Source: a virus. From it: 64,000 bases of DNA. The position numbers and the translations under genes are program-made. Shown piece by piece: positions 27,838-37,643 of the stretch (within the stretch, counting starts at the first letter, position 1; each line of letters begins with the position of its first letter). The stretch lies in the IMG/VR virus record IMGVR_UViG_3300021339_000006, positions 12,798 to 76,797 of that record. One strand, given 5' to 3'. The notes under the pieces are model-generated. The model was not told the origin of the DNA. It searched no databases and worked only from the letters and a program-made list of their open reading frames with translations.

Positions 27838-28328
27838 GTCATTCCTTATTAAACTCCTTCAAAAACTCTTGGATGATTACATTCGTTTGCTCTTCTATGT
27901 ATTCCTCAAACATCCAACGTTGACCGAGACTGGCATTCTGTGTGTTTTGCGCAATGCGCTCTGCTGCCCGTCGCGCCATCACTCTGATCTGCATCAGTGT
28001 AGGGCGCGCATCCTTTTGAACTTCCTCAATGGCTTGGACTGTCCTGCTGCCAGGGGATTCCTTGATCCCAACAAACATATCCAATGCCACCGCCTCGCCT
28101 ACCGCCATTGCCCACTCAACTGCTTTCTTCATAAACGATATTTCTTTTCCCATCCGATGTGGTTGAAGAACTCAAATCCATCGATGTTCTGACACATTGT
28201 ATGGCAATGACGAAAACGTCTGTATTGCCCAGCTTCCCAAGAAACATGCCGATACCACGATACGTTCGGAATCGTTTTCGTGAAATCTACCTTCACAAGC
28301 GTTTCAACATTAGGCTGCGTGTCCTGAT

Positions 28329-28727
28329 TCACCATTTCCTCCTGCCTTTGCGCAGCCACGGTTTGTCCTGCAAACGCTCCTCACGCGTTGGAGGCAAGAG
28401 CGGATCGGTAGCCGTAGTGATTGTGCTCATGTCTGCTGCGGTCAAAAGAACCTGCGCGGCGTCCGTGCTGTTGTAGTCGTAACGCTGCATCTCTTCGTAA
28501 ATCGTTTTGAATTTGTCAACGCTGCTAGGGATTGGCAGCGGATGCGATTTGTTGATTAAAGGGAGCAGATCGCCTGGGTCAATCGCTATCTCCCTGCCTG
28601 CCTGATCCGAGATTACAATGCAAGTCAGTTCTCTCTTCCTGATTGCTTCAATGAGCCTCATGGAATCCTCGTGAGACACCACACTGCCAATGATGGCGAC
28701 CCTGTTCTCAATCCTCAGCGTCTTCAT
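28329..28727 (-). CDS. hypothetical protein
   Basis: ORF in operon. Confidence 0.5.
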   Translation of the reverse strand: MKTLRIENRVAIIGSVVSHEDSMRLIEAIRKRELTCIVISDQAGREIAIDPGDLLPLINKSHPLPIPSSVDKFKTIYEEMQRYDYNSTDAAQVLLTAADMSTITTATDPLLPPTREERLQDKPWLRKGRRKW

Positions 28728-29058
28728 CGGTAATGCCTAATTTCCGCGCCAGGATGACAATGCTGGAAGGATCGGAAATCTGCCCTTCGTTGTGCGCGTG
28801 CCGTAGATACTTAAGCACCTTCCGCCTCTTGGCTTCCATTGCTCTCATATTGACCCCACGCAATGCGCCCATGCCCACCAGCATTGTGTGGACAGCTACA
28901 AGGTCGGACATCTCGAGATCAATGCGCGCTGCGTTGTTGAGTGATTTCCCTGGTTGCGTCTCGAGAATGCCGAACCGCTGCGCCTTGGTTGTGCGCTGTC
29001 CGACCTCACAACACTCCTCCACAAGGGAAGCCAGCAGGTGGTTTAATACCGTCATCAT
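28708..29058 (-). CDS. MazG-like nucleotide pyrophosphohydrolase
   Basis: EECCEVGQ..TK..RFG...E.SDL (EExxE...ExxD). Confidence 0.65.
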   Translation of the reverse strand: MMTVLNHLLASLVEECCEVGQRTTKAQRFGILETQPGKSLNNAARIDLEMSDLVAVHTMLVGMGALRGVNMRAMEAKRRKVLKYLRHAHNEGQISDPSSIVILARKLGITDEDAED

Positions 29059-29059
29059 A

Positions 29060-29347
29060 TCATTCCCGCCCTTTGATCATCTCCTGCATCTGTTCAAGAA
29101 TAGCACCTTGCATGGACGCCGCGACAGCACAGAGATCTTGAATTCTGTCGCAATAGCCTTGCATCAACGCGAGTCCCTCAGGAGAAACCTTTGCCTTGTT
29201 TTTCTTCACAACTTCTTTGACAGCGTCAACAATGCGCAAAAGTTCCATACCTGTTGCTGGCCCGAAAGATGGAACACCGAGTTTCGCAAGCACCATGCCA
29301 AATCGTTTCGCCTCTTCCTCTGTGTAAGGATGGATGTCTGACTTCAT
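29060..29347 (-). CDS. hypothetical protein
   Basis: Preceded by the AGATAACAAAGC-ATG motif. Confidence 0.55.
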   Translation of the reverse strand: MKSDIHPYTEEEAKRFGMVLAKLGVPSFGPATGMELLRIVDAVKEVVKKNKAKVSPEGLALMQGYCDRIQDLCAVAASMQGAILEQMQEMIKGRE

Positions 29348-29715
29348 GCTTTGTTATCTCCTGTGCCCTTGTTGTGGTAGCTGAGAAATTCCATTGGAGT
29401 TGAGAACACAGTCACCTCGTTCGATGGCAAGCGCAATGCTTCCGGATCCTTCACCGACTTGCACACGTTCGCGCGGTAGATTGCCGCTCCTGCGCATTGT
29501 TGATTGGTGGTGCTGTGGCAGTCGATGTGGTGCTCCCCATGCACCATCTGAATCCATTCCTCAGGAGAGTATCCTCCGAGGTAACCAGCAATCGCCTTAC
29601 GTGTCCAAGGACAGCCGGCGCAAGGCGTGGTGTGTTGCTGCGCTGTGGGCAGCCGATCCTCGTCGGAGGTAAACCTGCGCGCGAGGATCTGGGCGTCTGT
29701 GAGGTTAGGCTTCAT
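29344..29715 (-). CDS. Cys-rich DUF6283-like protein
   Basis: PC.GCPW, CH and QCAG motifs. Confidence 0.55.
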   Translation of the reverse strand: MKPNLTDAQILARRFTSDEDRLPTAQQHTTPCAGCPWTRKAIAGYLGGYSPEEWIQMVHGEHHIDCHSTTNQQCAGAAIYRANVCKSVKDPEALRLPSNEVTVFSTPMEFLSYHNKGTGDNKA

Positions 29716-30377
29716 GGTTTCCAAATAACTTTTGCGCCATCACCTGCTGACCAAATGTGACCTTTTGCCCTGTGCGCCTCGTAGGCGACTTTGCTGACCA
29801 CCACCACTGAATGGACAAGCTCTGTCCTGCTCCACGTCCTGCCTTTGCGCATGACACCGGCCGAAGGCAGCGTTCGGAAAGTGTGGTAGGTGCAATAGGC
29901 TGACACCGTCTTGATGTAAGTCACGCCACGTTTGAGAGTTCTAATTGTTTGCATATTAAATTGAAGCGTGGAGTGTTGTGAGGTCTGACTCGTCCGGCAA
30001 CGGCTCGCTGCATTGCTCGGGCGCTATGATCAGCTTGGCGTTGTCGGACACTCTGGACAGGCGCAGGAACGATCCGTTTTGAACGCCGAGCACTTTGTAG
30101 GTCTGTCCCGCGCAGTGCAGGTTACCGTCCAACGTTTTGATCGGGCGCGCGTCCGGTATGAGGAGCGTCACCTTTGTTCCGCGTTTTATATCGTTGAGGT
30201 TTGTAAATTTCATGGTGTTGTTGAGTTGGGGAATTACACCTCAATGCCAGCTTCGGCATTCGACGCATCAATGACCGCCTGCAGTGCGCACAGCGCGTCG
30301 TCGGCGTCAACTTTCATACAGACCAACTGCGCTGCTTCCAGCGCCGCTTTTTGTTCTTCGGTTAGTATCATGCTCCG

Positions 30378-30398
30378 GTATTAGCACGCACCGTGCCC
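30378..30398 (-). promoter_or_regulatory. sigma54-like (-24/-12) promoter
   Basis: GGGCACGGTGCGTGCTAATAC gives GG-N10-GC, with ATG 12 nt after the GC. Confidence 0.55.
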
Positions 30399-30581
30399 GC
30401 GTCCCAGTTGTCCTAAACTACTCAATCACAGCTCTTGCGTTTTGCAGGAGTGTCAAAAGTGTCGTCAATCTGTGCAAGTGTCTTTACACTTCTGTTGGAT
30501 TCTTAGACACCGCCCTTGTCTTGCCCTAGGCGCTGTGCTGCTTTTGCTGCACCTACAGCTTGGTCTATGCGCTTGCAAAGC

Positions 30582-30603
30582 TGCCTAGGTCAGGCTGAGG
30601 GCG
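30582..30603 (+). repeat. 22-bp dispersed intergenic repeat
   Basis: TGCCTAGGTCAGGCTGAGGGCG, identical to the reverse complement of 53308-53329. Confidence 0.85.
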
Positions 30604-30607
30604 AAAC

Positions 30608-31513
30608 TTAACGCACAGGCCCTCCTGCCACCCACGTGTCGAATTCTGCCGGATCCTTGCACGCACGCACAAACGCCTCCAGCCCTTGCAGCGCAGCTTC
30701 CGCTTTGGGCCGCACTGTGCGCAACCAATGCACGTAATACCACGACACACCAATGCCCCTTTTATTCCGATGGAACGTGTCGTCATCACACGCAGTCCAC
30801 GCTTTGAAGGGACTGTCCTGTGGCAGGTCCGTTGCCAAGTAACCACCCAGCGCAGTCTGACAACCCATCTTCACCTGCCCGATCATCTCGTCCTCATTCC
30901 AACACTCAATTCGATGGTTCGGAACGATCCCTTGGCAAAGGCGTCGCAATGGCATCACGTCCTCCTCAAGCACGCGCTCTCCTGTCGGGCACCAGGTGTC
31001 GAGAAACACACTATTGAACTCAACGCCGAAGTTCCGCGCATGGTGCAAGTATTGATAAATGTCTGCCTGAATCACCGACACCTTTCCTTTCGGAAGGTGT
31101 GCCCCTACAAGTTTGATGACATCCTTGCTGCGCTCTACTACCACAACCTTGGCAACGTTTGGATTCCGATCCAACAGCCCCACTGCCAATCCCAGTCCGA
31201 GCCCACCTACCAGAACCTTGCCACGCATCTTGGCAAGCTGTCGAGTGTGCTGTTCCACTTCTTGTGGCAACGAACTCATCCACGTGCCGGCGCCTGACTC
31301 CTTCAACGTGTGAACACCTATCGGCTCATCCAAAGTGAGGACAGTTGCCTTGAGTCCCATGAACAATGCGTTGCGCATCGACACAACAGGCAGGCGCGTG
31401 CCCGCTGCTTTGAACTCAACCGACACTGAGAACTTGCCACTCTTTCCCTCTGGGAGGTGGTAGGGAAGGGAAAAGATGCGGCCCTTGTGCTCGTATGTTG
31501 GGAATGCCTTCAT
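30608..31513 (-). CDS. SAM-dependent methyltransferase (spermidine-synthase-like fold)
   Basis: VLVGGLGLG, VVERSKDVI and FLDTW motifs. Confidence 0.75.
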   Translation of the reverse strand: MKAFPTYEHKGRIFSLPYHLPEGKSGKFSVSVEFKAAGTRLPVVSMRNALFMGLKATVLTLDEPIGVHTLKESGAGTWMSSLPQEVEQHTRQLAKMRGKVLVGGLGLGLAVGLLDRNPNVAKVVVVERSKDVIKLVGAHLPKGKVSVIQADIYQYLHHARNFGVEFNSVFLDTWCPTGERVLEEDVMPLRRLCQGIVPNHRIECWNEDEMIGQVKMGCQTALGGYLATDLPQDSPFKAWTACDDDTFHRNKRGIGVSWYYVHWLRTVRPKAEAALQGLEAFVRACKDPAEFDTWVAGGPVR

Positions 31514-32082
31514 GAGCAGGAGATGTTGCTGAGGTGTGACTGGAGTTCGTCTGATATTTCCTGCAAGCGTGCCGACAGTTCCTCTTCCTTGCGCGTTTCG
31601 TAGGCTTCCTTCTTCTCGCCCTTCTCCTTCTCCGGCTCCTCCCAGCTAATGTCCGTGCTCTCGAGGTCGTTAATGCAACCGTCCAACGCGTCAATACGCT
31701 CTTGAAGAATCTGCCCCGTGTTCCCTTCCTTCAGTCCCTCTGGCATACCGTCCAGCTTCCCTTCGGTCTCGTCCTTGATGTTGGTCAATTCATTCACCAC
31801 ATCATCACGCTCGCCTTCCAAGTCCTCAATGCTTTCGGCGTCGAACTTGCGCTCCTGCAATTCATAAATTGCTCCCCAGAACTCAGACTTGGTGAGGTCT
31901 TTGGGCTTGGGTTGGCAGTCGGGCTTAGCGCAGCGCGTGCGCCGATCCTTCCTGAACGCTTTGCCGACGTTGACGCGGAACACCCAAAAGGTGTAGGAAT
32001 CGCCACGTTTAATTTCGCAGCCGCACTTGCCGCAGTTAGGTTGATTGATCCGTGCTTTCTTTACTCGTTTGACTCTTGGCAT
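31510..32082 (-). CDS. hypothetical protein (Zn-binding N-terminus, acidic coiled coil)
   Basis: CGKC...C....C followed by acidic heptads. Confidence 0.6.
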   Translation of the reverse strand: MPRVKRVKKARINQPNCGKCGCEIKRGDSYTFWVFRVNVGKAFRKDRRTRCAKPDCQPKPKDLTKSEFWGAIYELQERKFDAESIEDLEGERDDVVNELTNIKDETEGKLDGMPEGLKEGNTGQILQERIDALDGCINDLESTDISWEEPEKEKGEKKEAYETRKEEELSARLQEISDELQSHLSNISCS

Positions 32083-32447
32083 GATTTTGGTTGGTTAAGC
32101 TGCTCTTGTGATTGAATAAACCTCCTCACCCGGTTTCCTGAACGAGAGCTGAAACTGGTGAAGCGCAGCGGTGATGTTGACTGCCATAACTGGCTGGACT
32201 TGGAACTCTCCGTCCTGTGTGATGTAGATGACTAGGTATCGGTTCATATTTGGTTATCCGTTAAATCGAATTGTGCCTGCTTCCACGAACACATCACTCT
32301 TCTCGTTGAGGAGCACAGTTGAGCCGTCAGGGAACTCAATCCTTGCGTGCGTTGTGCCCGCGTCGATCACCTTGCCCTGTAGCTTGCGCCCAGTGCGGAT
32401 CTCCTTGCAGGTGTGAACCTCACCAATCTTCAAGTTCAAAAATGTTC

Positions 32448-32942
32448 TCACAATGCCTCGTTCTCCTCTTTTGTCATTGCCACAAAACACTCTACCCAAT
32501 TACCGCTGCTCTTTTGATTCCAATAAGAATGCAGCCCTATGATATGGCACAAGGCTTCGGCCGCCCGCTTCGCTGCTGGGCGCTTGCCAACAAACATAAC
32601 CTCCGGCCCGTATGTCACACGCCAACCAGTTGTGTCGGAACGCTCCAACTTTATCCTCAGCGGCAATGTTTTGGGCTTCAGCTCTCGTGCTCTACGCTGC
32701 GCGTATTGCAAATCCGATTCCGCAGGATTGAACACGTCCGCACGAATCTCCGCCTCCGTCACTGGCGCGTCTGCGTAGCAACGCTGAAGTTCCTGGAATG
32801 CTGCTTGGAGGTTGTCACCTTTCTCACAGCGTCGGTAACCGAGTTCAAACGCTGCCGCTACTGCTTCTGGTATTCTTGGCATATCAATTGTTCCTTCAAA
32901 TTCGCTGCGAGGGATCGGACCTCGCAGCATTGTTATCTCCAC
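32448..32942 (-). CDS. hypothetical protein
   Basis: ORF in early cluster. Confidence 0.5.
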   Translation of the reverse strand: MEITMLRGPIPRSEFEGTIDMPRIPEAVAAAFELGYRRCEKGDNLQAAFQELQRCYADAPVTEAEIRADVFNPAESDLQYAQRRARELKPKTLPLRIKLERSDTTGWRVTYGPEVMFVGKRPAAKRAAEALCHIIGLHSYWNQKSSGNWVECFVAMTKEENEAL

Positions 32943-32948
32943 CTGTCC

Positions 32949-33839
32949 TTAATTGAGCAAGAGGTTCAGCGCCTGCTTGCCAAGTTTGTTGCGTTCCATC
33001 ACTCCGAGGAACCGGTTTGTTTCGACGCTGCGCACATCGGTCTCCCGATAGTTGCGGAAATGTGTGGCGTATTCCGTCACTGCGTTGAACGCGTCCCAGC
33101 GCGTTTTGCCCTCGTTGCCTTCGCCCGTGTTAAACAGCTCGACCAACTTTGTGCGTCGGTTGTCCGCCTTGGTGCCTTCCGAGGGCATGAGCTTCTTGAG
33201 GAAGTCCTCAAACTGATCGGCCGTCATGCGTGCCTGCGCAAGCTTAGTGAACTCAACCTTGATCCCATCCACGTCCTGTTGCAGGTCATTCATAAACGTC
33301 TTCCAACGCTTGCTGTGGAGTTCTGCGCGGTTTGATGTGTGGGAAACCCACATGTTGGATTTGATCTCACGGCTCACCTGGCCGTTGAGGCAGCGCAAGC
33401 GTTCGATGTAAAGCCGACTGCGGCGAGGTGTGGCACCATCCCATCCGTCCGTGCTGTAAATGTAGGCTGCCATCGGATCGCCCAACTTGCGCGCGCCGCA
33501 CGGAATGTCCATCTTGACATCAAGCTTCACGAACGCAAACGCGCGGCAGCGTTCCTCAAGGAATCCTGCGCGCGTAACTTTGCCCTTGATGAAGTCCGCG
33601 AACTCAAACTGCTCCTTGAGGAACTCCCGAGGTTGACTGGGACTGTAACCCTTGCCGACGACGCCGAGCGCCTCTTTGGTGTCGCTGCGGTAAAGCAGCT
33701 TCATCCGAGGCATCACGATCGCAGTGTCCGTTCCGCTGACTGTGTCCTCAAGCGGCTCCCAGTCGAGGTTCGCTGCTTTGAGTGTTTCCTCCATCGAGGT
33801 CGCTTCCGTTCCGAGTGTTTGTATTATTGAGCTGTGCAT
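32949..33839 (-). CDS. DUF932/DUF945-family protein
   Basis: LDW, LGVVG..Y, RLRCLNG and TRWDAFNAVTEY motifs. Confidence 0.8.
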   Translation of the reverse strand: MHSSIIQTLGTEATSMEETLKAANLDWEPLEDTVSGTDTAIVMPRMKLLYRSDTKEALGVVGKGYSPSQPREFLKEQFEFADFIKGKVTRAGFLEERCRAFAFVKLDVKMDIPCGARKLGDPMAAYIYSTDGWDGATPRRSRLYIERLRCLNGQVSREIKSNMWVSHTSNRAELHSKRWKTFMNDLQQDVDGIKVEFTKLAQARMTADQFEDFLKKLMPSEGTKADNRRTKLVELFNTGEGNEGKTRWDAFNAVTEYATHFRNYRETDVRSVETNRFLGVMERNKLGKQALNLLLN

Positions 33840-33877
33840 ACTGTTTGTTCTTTCTGATTTGTTGTTGATGTTTGAAA

Positions 33878-34126
33878 TTAAGCATTGCGTTGGAGGAGCT
33901 CGTCCACTGCCGCCTCGCAATAAAAGTCGGGCACGCACAAAACAGCTTTGACGCCCTCCACCGTCGTAACCGAACGCATCGCCTCAAGTGCCGCGTCCCA
34001 AGTCGCATCCGAATACATTTGATAGCTGGACGTTTTGTCCTGCAGCATCGACTTCTCTACTTCGAGGACAACAGCCGCCCGTTGCTTGCCGTTTAACTCT
34101 GTTCCGACTGTCGTTGTATTTATCAT
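33878..34126 (-). CDS. hypothetical early protein (leaderless)
   Basis: ATG 6 nt after the -10 element. Confidence 0.5.
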   Translation of the reverse strand: MINTTTVGTELNGKQRAAVVLEVEKSMLQDKTSSYQMYSDATWDAALEAMRSVTTVEGVKAVLCVPDFYCEAAVDELLQRNA

Positions 34127-34132
34127 GACCCA

Positions 34133-34182
34133 ACAATGCGCCTGCCTACTCCTCTTTGCAACGATAATTCCTAAAAAGTTTC
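34133..34182 (-). promoter_or_regulatory. sigma70-like early promoter with conserved upstream element
   Basis: GAAACTTTTTAGG...TTGCAA-N17-CATTGT-N6-ATG; twin at 57904-57953. Confidence 0.65.
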
Positions 34183-34243
34183 ATTTTGTTAATTGCCCGC
34201 AATGTTTGCAGTTCTTTCATCGACCAAGAAAAGGACAGCTGGG

Positions 34244-34822
34244 CTAGAACTTTCTGAGGGTGACGCGTATTTGCTGCGCGTTTACGCGTGCAAGGAACTG
34301 ATGTAATGGAATCCCAACAAACTTAACGCGCACGTTGCCTGGCATCACAGCCAAGTCGTAACGCACAACAGGTGGACGCCCAAAGATGCCACACTCATGC
34401 AGCGCCGCCACCACATTGTGGCTGAAGTAGGCGATCTCTGTTTTGCGGTCGCGTCGATGGATCAGCATCCACCCAACACTTCCAGCAGCGCGTGCGCAGC
34501 GTTCGGATTGGAGCAGTGCGTGCGCAAAGGAATTCTTCCCCACCTTCTTTCTCTTCGGAGCATCAAAAATTTCCTGTGGAGAATGTTTGCTGTAGCCGCG
34601 CTTGAGTTCGATGGTCACCAACTTGAGGAGAGGCAGTCCGATGGGATCCACAGCCGCGATGTCCCCCCATGAACCGAACGTGGTTTTTCCAGACTTGGCA
34701 CGCTGCGTGGCACGTCCACCACTTTGGGAGGATCGCCAGAAAACGTCATCTCGCTTTCCGCCCGTCCACCAGAGAGACAACGTCTTACAAATCTGCCGCT
34801 CGAATGAAGCACCTTTAGGCAA
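34244..34822 (-). CDS. Holliday junction resolvase (PD-(D/E)XK)
   Basis: KGASFER, SGG, GDI and IELKRG motifs. Confidence 0.8.
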   Translation of the reverse strand: MPKGASFERQICKTLSLWWTGGKRDDVFWRSSQSGGRATQRAKSGKTTFGSWGDIAAVDPIGLPLLKLVTIELKRGYSKHSPQEIFDAPKRKKVGKNSFAHALLQSERCARAAGSVGWMLIHRRDRKTEIAYFSHNVVAALHECGIFGRPPVVRYDLAVMPGNVRVKFVGIPLHQFLARVNAQQIRVTLRKF

Positions 34823-35144
34823 TCAGAATCCTCCTCGAATTATTGGAACACATCTTCGGATTCTCAGTTTCTCCAAACCAATGCAACCACCAACCGTCAA
34901 GGCGGTAGTGGGCACGCCACATTTTCCCTGGATAAACTCCTGAGGGTTGGGAGTGGGAGTAATCGTGAAGCGCATCAAATGTTTCCTGCGTCATCAATGC
35001 GTGGCCCGAATCGATCTCAATATCAAAACGACTTGGTTGCTCCCACCATTTTCCCATTGGCTCTGTGATGGGTGGAACAGGATGCAAGTCGGCCACACTA
35101 CGAACCATCATTGCCTTCTCCACTGCCGTCATCAATGCACTCAT
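34815..35144 (-). CDS. hypothetical protein
   Basis: YS.S.PSGVYPGKMWR, a recurrent phage motif. Confidence 0.55.
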   Translation of the reverse strand: MSALMTAVEKAMMVRSVADLHPVPPITEPMGKWWEQPSRFDIEIDSGHALMTQETFDALHDYSHSQPSGVYPGKMWRAHYRLDGWWLHWFGETENPKMCSNNSRRILIA

Positions 35145-35337
35145 ACACCCAGTCCTCGTGCCTTGATCAATTCCATAGCTTCCTCCCTGGAGAAACCAGC
35201 TGCCGTCAAAGCACTCAATTTGGAGTAGAGCAGTTGAGCAAGAGGCTTCATGGAAGCTTCCATCATTTCTTGATTGTCCAGGAGCGTCTTCATAAGCCGC
35301 TCCAAGTTCTGCCTGTCCAGCGGGCCGGTGTTTTCAT

Positions 35338-36201
35338 TCATAAAAGCATTCCTCGCCTGTGCGTTGCTACCGGAACCACTCCAGCAATCGACCTCATGCC
35401 CAACGTGCCGCACACCTCGCGCCAGCCTTTGGGATCAATCGAGTCTTCGATCAACTGCGGGCTCGGGCACCCTTCATAGGGCAGCTGGACTAGGCGTCGA
35501 TTGAGGCGCACTCTTTCCTTTCCTGCCTTCGAGGTGATGATTTGAAACGCTTTGCACTTCGGATCCAACTCACCACGCAAATACTTGAGTGCCGTCTTCT
35601 CGCCCACACCACCTACTCCAGGCACTTCATCTCCGTGGCAACCAGCAATCGCTTTCATCACAGCCCACTGCGATGGACGGATTCCATAGGTGCGCATGAA
35701 ATTGGCTTTGGTGATGCGCTTGCGCGCTTGAGGTGAGTAGATGGCAACGTTCGGGCGCAAACATTGATACAGGTCGTGGTCCGCTGTGATGAGGATGGCT
35801 TCCTCATTCTTTGGAAGGTTCTTTGCAATGGAAGCAATCAAGTCGTCACTCTCCATTCCTCGGCAGCAAAAGATGTTCTTGAATCCAATCATCGGCAGAT
35901 AACGCTGACGCAATTCCGAGATTTGGATTTGCAGTCCTCGGATGGACTTGATTTCGGCCTCGTCTCGGTTGGCTGCGTGGCGCTTTGCTTTGTAGCCTTC
36001 AAAGATTTCTTTGCGGAACAAGTGAGGATGCTCAAAGCAAAACGCGATGTGATCGGTTTGGAACTCATCCTTGAAGAATCCAATGGACTTGAGGAAGCCG
36101 AACACGACGCCAGTAGGTTTTTCCTTCCACGACAGTCCCTGTGTGGTGTGGAACGCGCGGTGGCAAAGGTAGGACACGTCAATCACCAGCCAAGTTCTCA
36201 T
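35338..36201 (-). CDS. 5'-3' exonuclease (FEN/T4 RNase H-like)
   Basis: LVID, YKAKR, ESDD, ADHDLYQ and H3TH PGVGGVGEKTA. Confidence 0.9.
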   Translation of the reverse strand: MRTWLVIDVSYLCHRAFHTTQGLSWKEKPTGVVFGFLKSIGFFKDEFQTDHIAFCFEHPHLFRKEIFEGYKAKRHAANRDEAEIKSIRGLQIQISELRQRYLPMIGFKNIFCCRGMESDDLIASIAKNLPKNEEAILITADHDLYQCLRPNVAIYSPQARKRITKANFMRTYGIRPSQWAVMKAIAGCHGDEVPGVGGVGEKTALKYLRGELDPKCKAFQIITSKAGKERVRLNRRLVQLPYEGCPSPQLIEDSIDPKGWREVCGTLGMRSIAGVVPVATHRRGMLL

Positions 36202-36884
36202 TTGCGTTTACGCCTTTCGGTTTTATCCAAGCCAAGCTTGGACTTGCCGTTAGGATACTTCACGTCCTTCTTTCCGCAAAGATACAACGCAAGTGAAATG
36301 ATATGATCTGGCCATCCACGATGCTCCTTGATGGCGAGGAACGCTCGGCTTCCACCGCCATACTCGATCTCCTCCTTCACCAGCATGTCATACGCTGCGT
36401 CCAACAGCAGGGGCTTTTGGTAAACGAAGTAGATGTAACGGTGCGCCCAAATTAAGTCCAGCGAAGGCGCAAGCTCTTGCATACGCTTACAACCCATTAC
36501 CTGCTCCTTAGGACTGCCCGGCCCTGGAATCTCAGCCGCGTCCCTACATAACAGACGCGCCGTGTCCGCAAGTGGCACACCTTTGAGGTGGTTGCCTCGA
36601 ATGACAGCCATCTCGTTCTGCGTAAACCTCAATCCTTTGCGTGAGATGCGCTTGCGAGGCCGGTAACGAATGACACGATCATCCTCATTGCTTGTGATCT
36701 GCTCAATGAGGCGCTGGATAGCTTTGACGCTGCGTCCTACCTTAAGCGCAAGCGCCCTGGGTGACGCGCCGGCCCCACCACTGAAAAACTTATCGAGAAC
36801 ACGATCCCGCTCTTTCTTTTTCCAAGGCGTGTCGGTGTGCTTTTGAGCAATGCTCTCCGATGGTAGGAATCCTACGCGTTTCAT
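36198..36884 (-). CDS. tandem Myb/HTH-like repeats fused to an NAD-ligase domain Ia-like motif
   Basis: W...E...LA..VGRS..AI, a second similar repeat, then HRYIYF...PLLLDAAYD. Confidence 0.5.
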   Translation of the reverse strand: MKRVGFLPSESIAQKHTDTPWKKKERDRVLDKFFSGGAGASPRALALKVGRSVKAIQRLIEQITSNEDDRVIRYRPRKRISRKGLRFTQNEMAVIRGNHLKGVPLADTARLLCRDAAEIPGPGSPKEQVMGCKRMQELAPSLDLIWAHRYIYFVYQKPLLLDAAYDMLVKEEIEYGGGSRAFLAIKEHRGWPDHIISLALYLCGKKDVKYPNGKSKLGLDKTERRKRK

Positions 36885-37132
36885 TTGACCTCCAAATCGT
36901 GTGGGTATGCTGTCGGATCAATGTGCATTATCTCTGCCAAGACAATCACTTTTGGAACGTAACTAGAAGGGCTGTCCGACCCGCCGTTGCTTTCCAGCCC
37001 TTGTTCCTTACACCACAGATCGTAATGGTAATCCGACCAGATCGGACTCAAGCCCAACGCCGGCCCGCAGTAGTAAAGGAATTGATGCGCCAGCATAATC
37101 TCCTCTGCGGTGTAACCATTGAAGCGTTTCAT
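36881..37132 (-). CDS. stand-alone NAD-dependent DNA ligase domain Ia-like protein
   Basis: HQFLYY......PIWSDYHYD. Confidence 0.55.
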   Translation of the reverse strand: MKRFNGYTAEEIMLAHQFLYYCGPALGLSPIWSDYHYDLWCKEQGLESNGGSDSPSSYVPKVIVLAEIMHIDPTAYPHDLEVK

Positions 37133-37340
37133 GGTTGCGGTGGTGCAGGGAATTCCTCCCAGAAAGGCTTGCCCTCATAAAGCCCATCCAGCTTCCACAG
37201 TGTGCCATCATTACACACCGCAAGGACAAGATACTTTCCAACCGAGTCAATGGTGGAGACGACCTGAATGGTTTTGCGCTGGCGCTTGCTGCGCGGAGGT
37301 GTTGCAGGAAACGGAGGTGGTGCTTTGAAGATTCCCATAA

Positions 37341-37643
37341 CTATTCTGGATTGGTTGCGTCTTTGAATGATGTTGAGAGGAAATGGGCAGGAAGATCTTC
37401 GCCAATGATTGTGAGATACATCAACTCGCCTTCGCGCAAACGTTCAATGTCCACAAGTGTCGGTTGCCAAGCCACCACAATCATTGGGTGGCCACTACAC
37501 GAACCTCCCTCGATGTCGTGAACAAAAACATGGGCTTCCTGCACCTGATCCTCAGACATTCCCGGCGGTGGTCCGAACACGTGGTTCGCTTGTGGAAACT
37601 CAACACACTTCACTCGTATCTCCTTTTGCGATGGGACAAGCAC
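37341..37643 (-). CDS. hypothetical protein
   Basis: F..AN..FGPP.GM...WQPT..D..RL..G pattern. Confidence 0.55.
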   Translation of the reverse strand: MLVPSQKEIRVKCVEFPQANHVFGPPPGMSEDQVQEAHVFVHDIEGGSCSGHPMIVVAWQPTLVDIERLREGELMYLTIIGEDLPAHFLSTSFKDATNPE

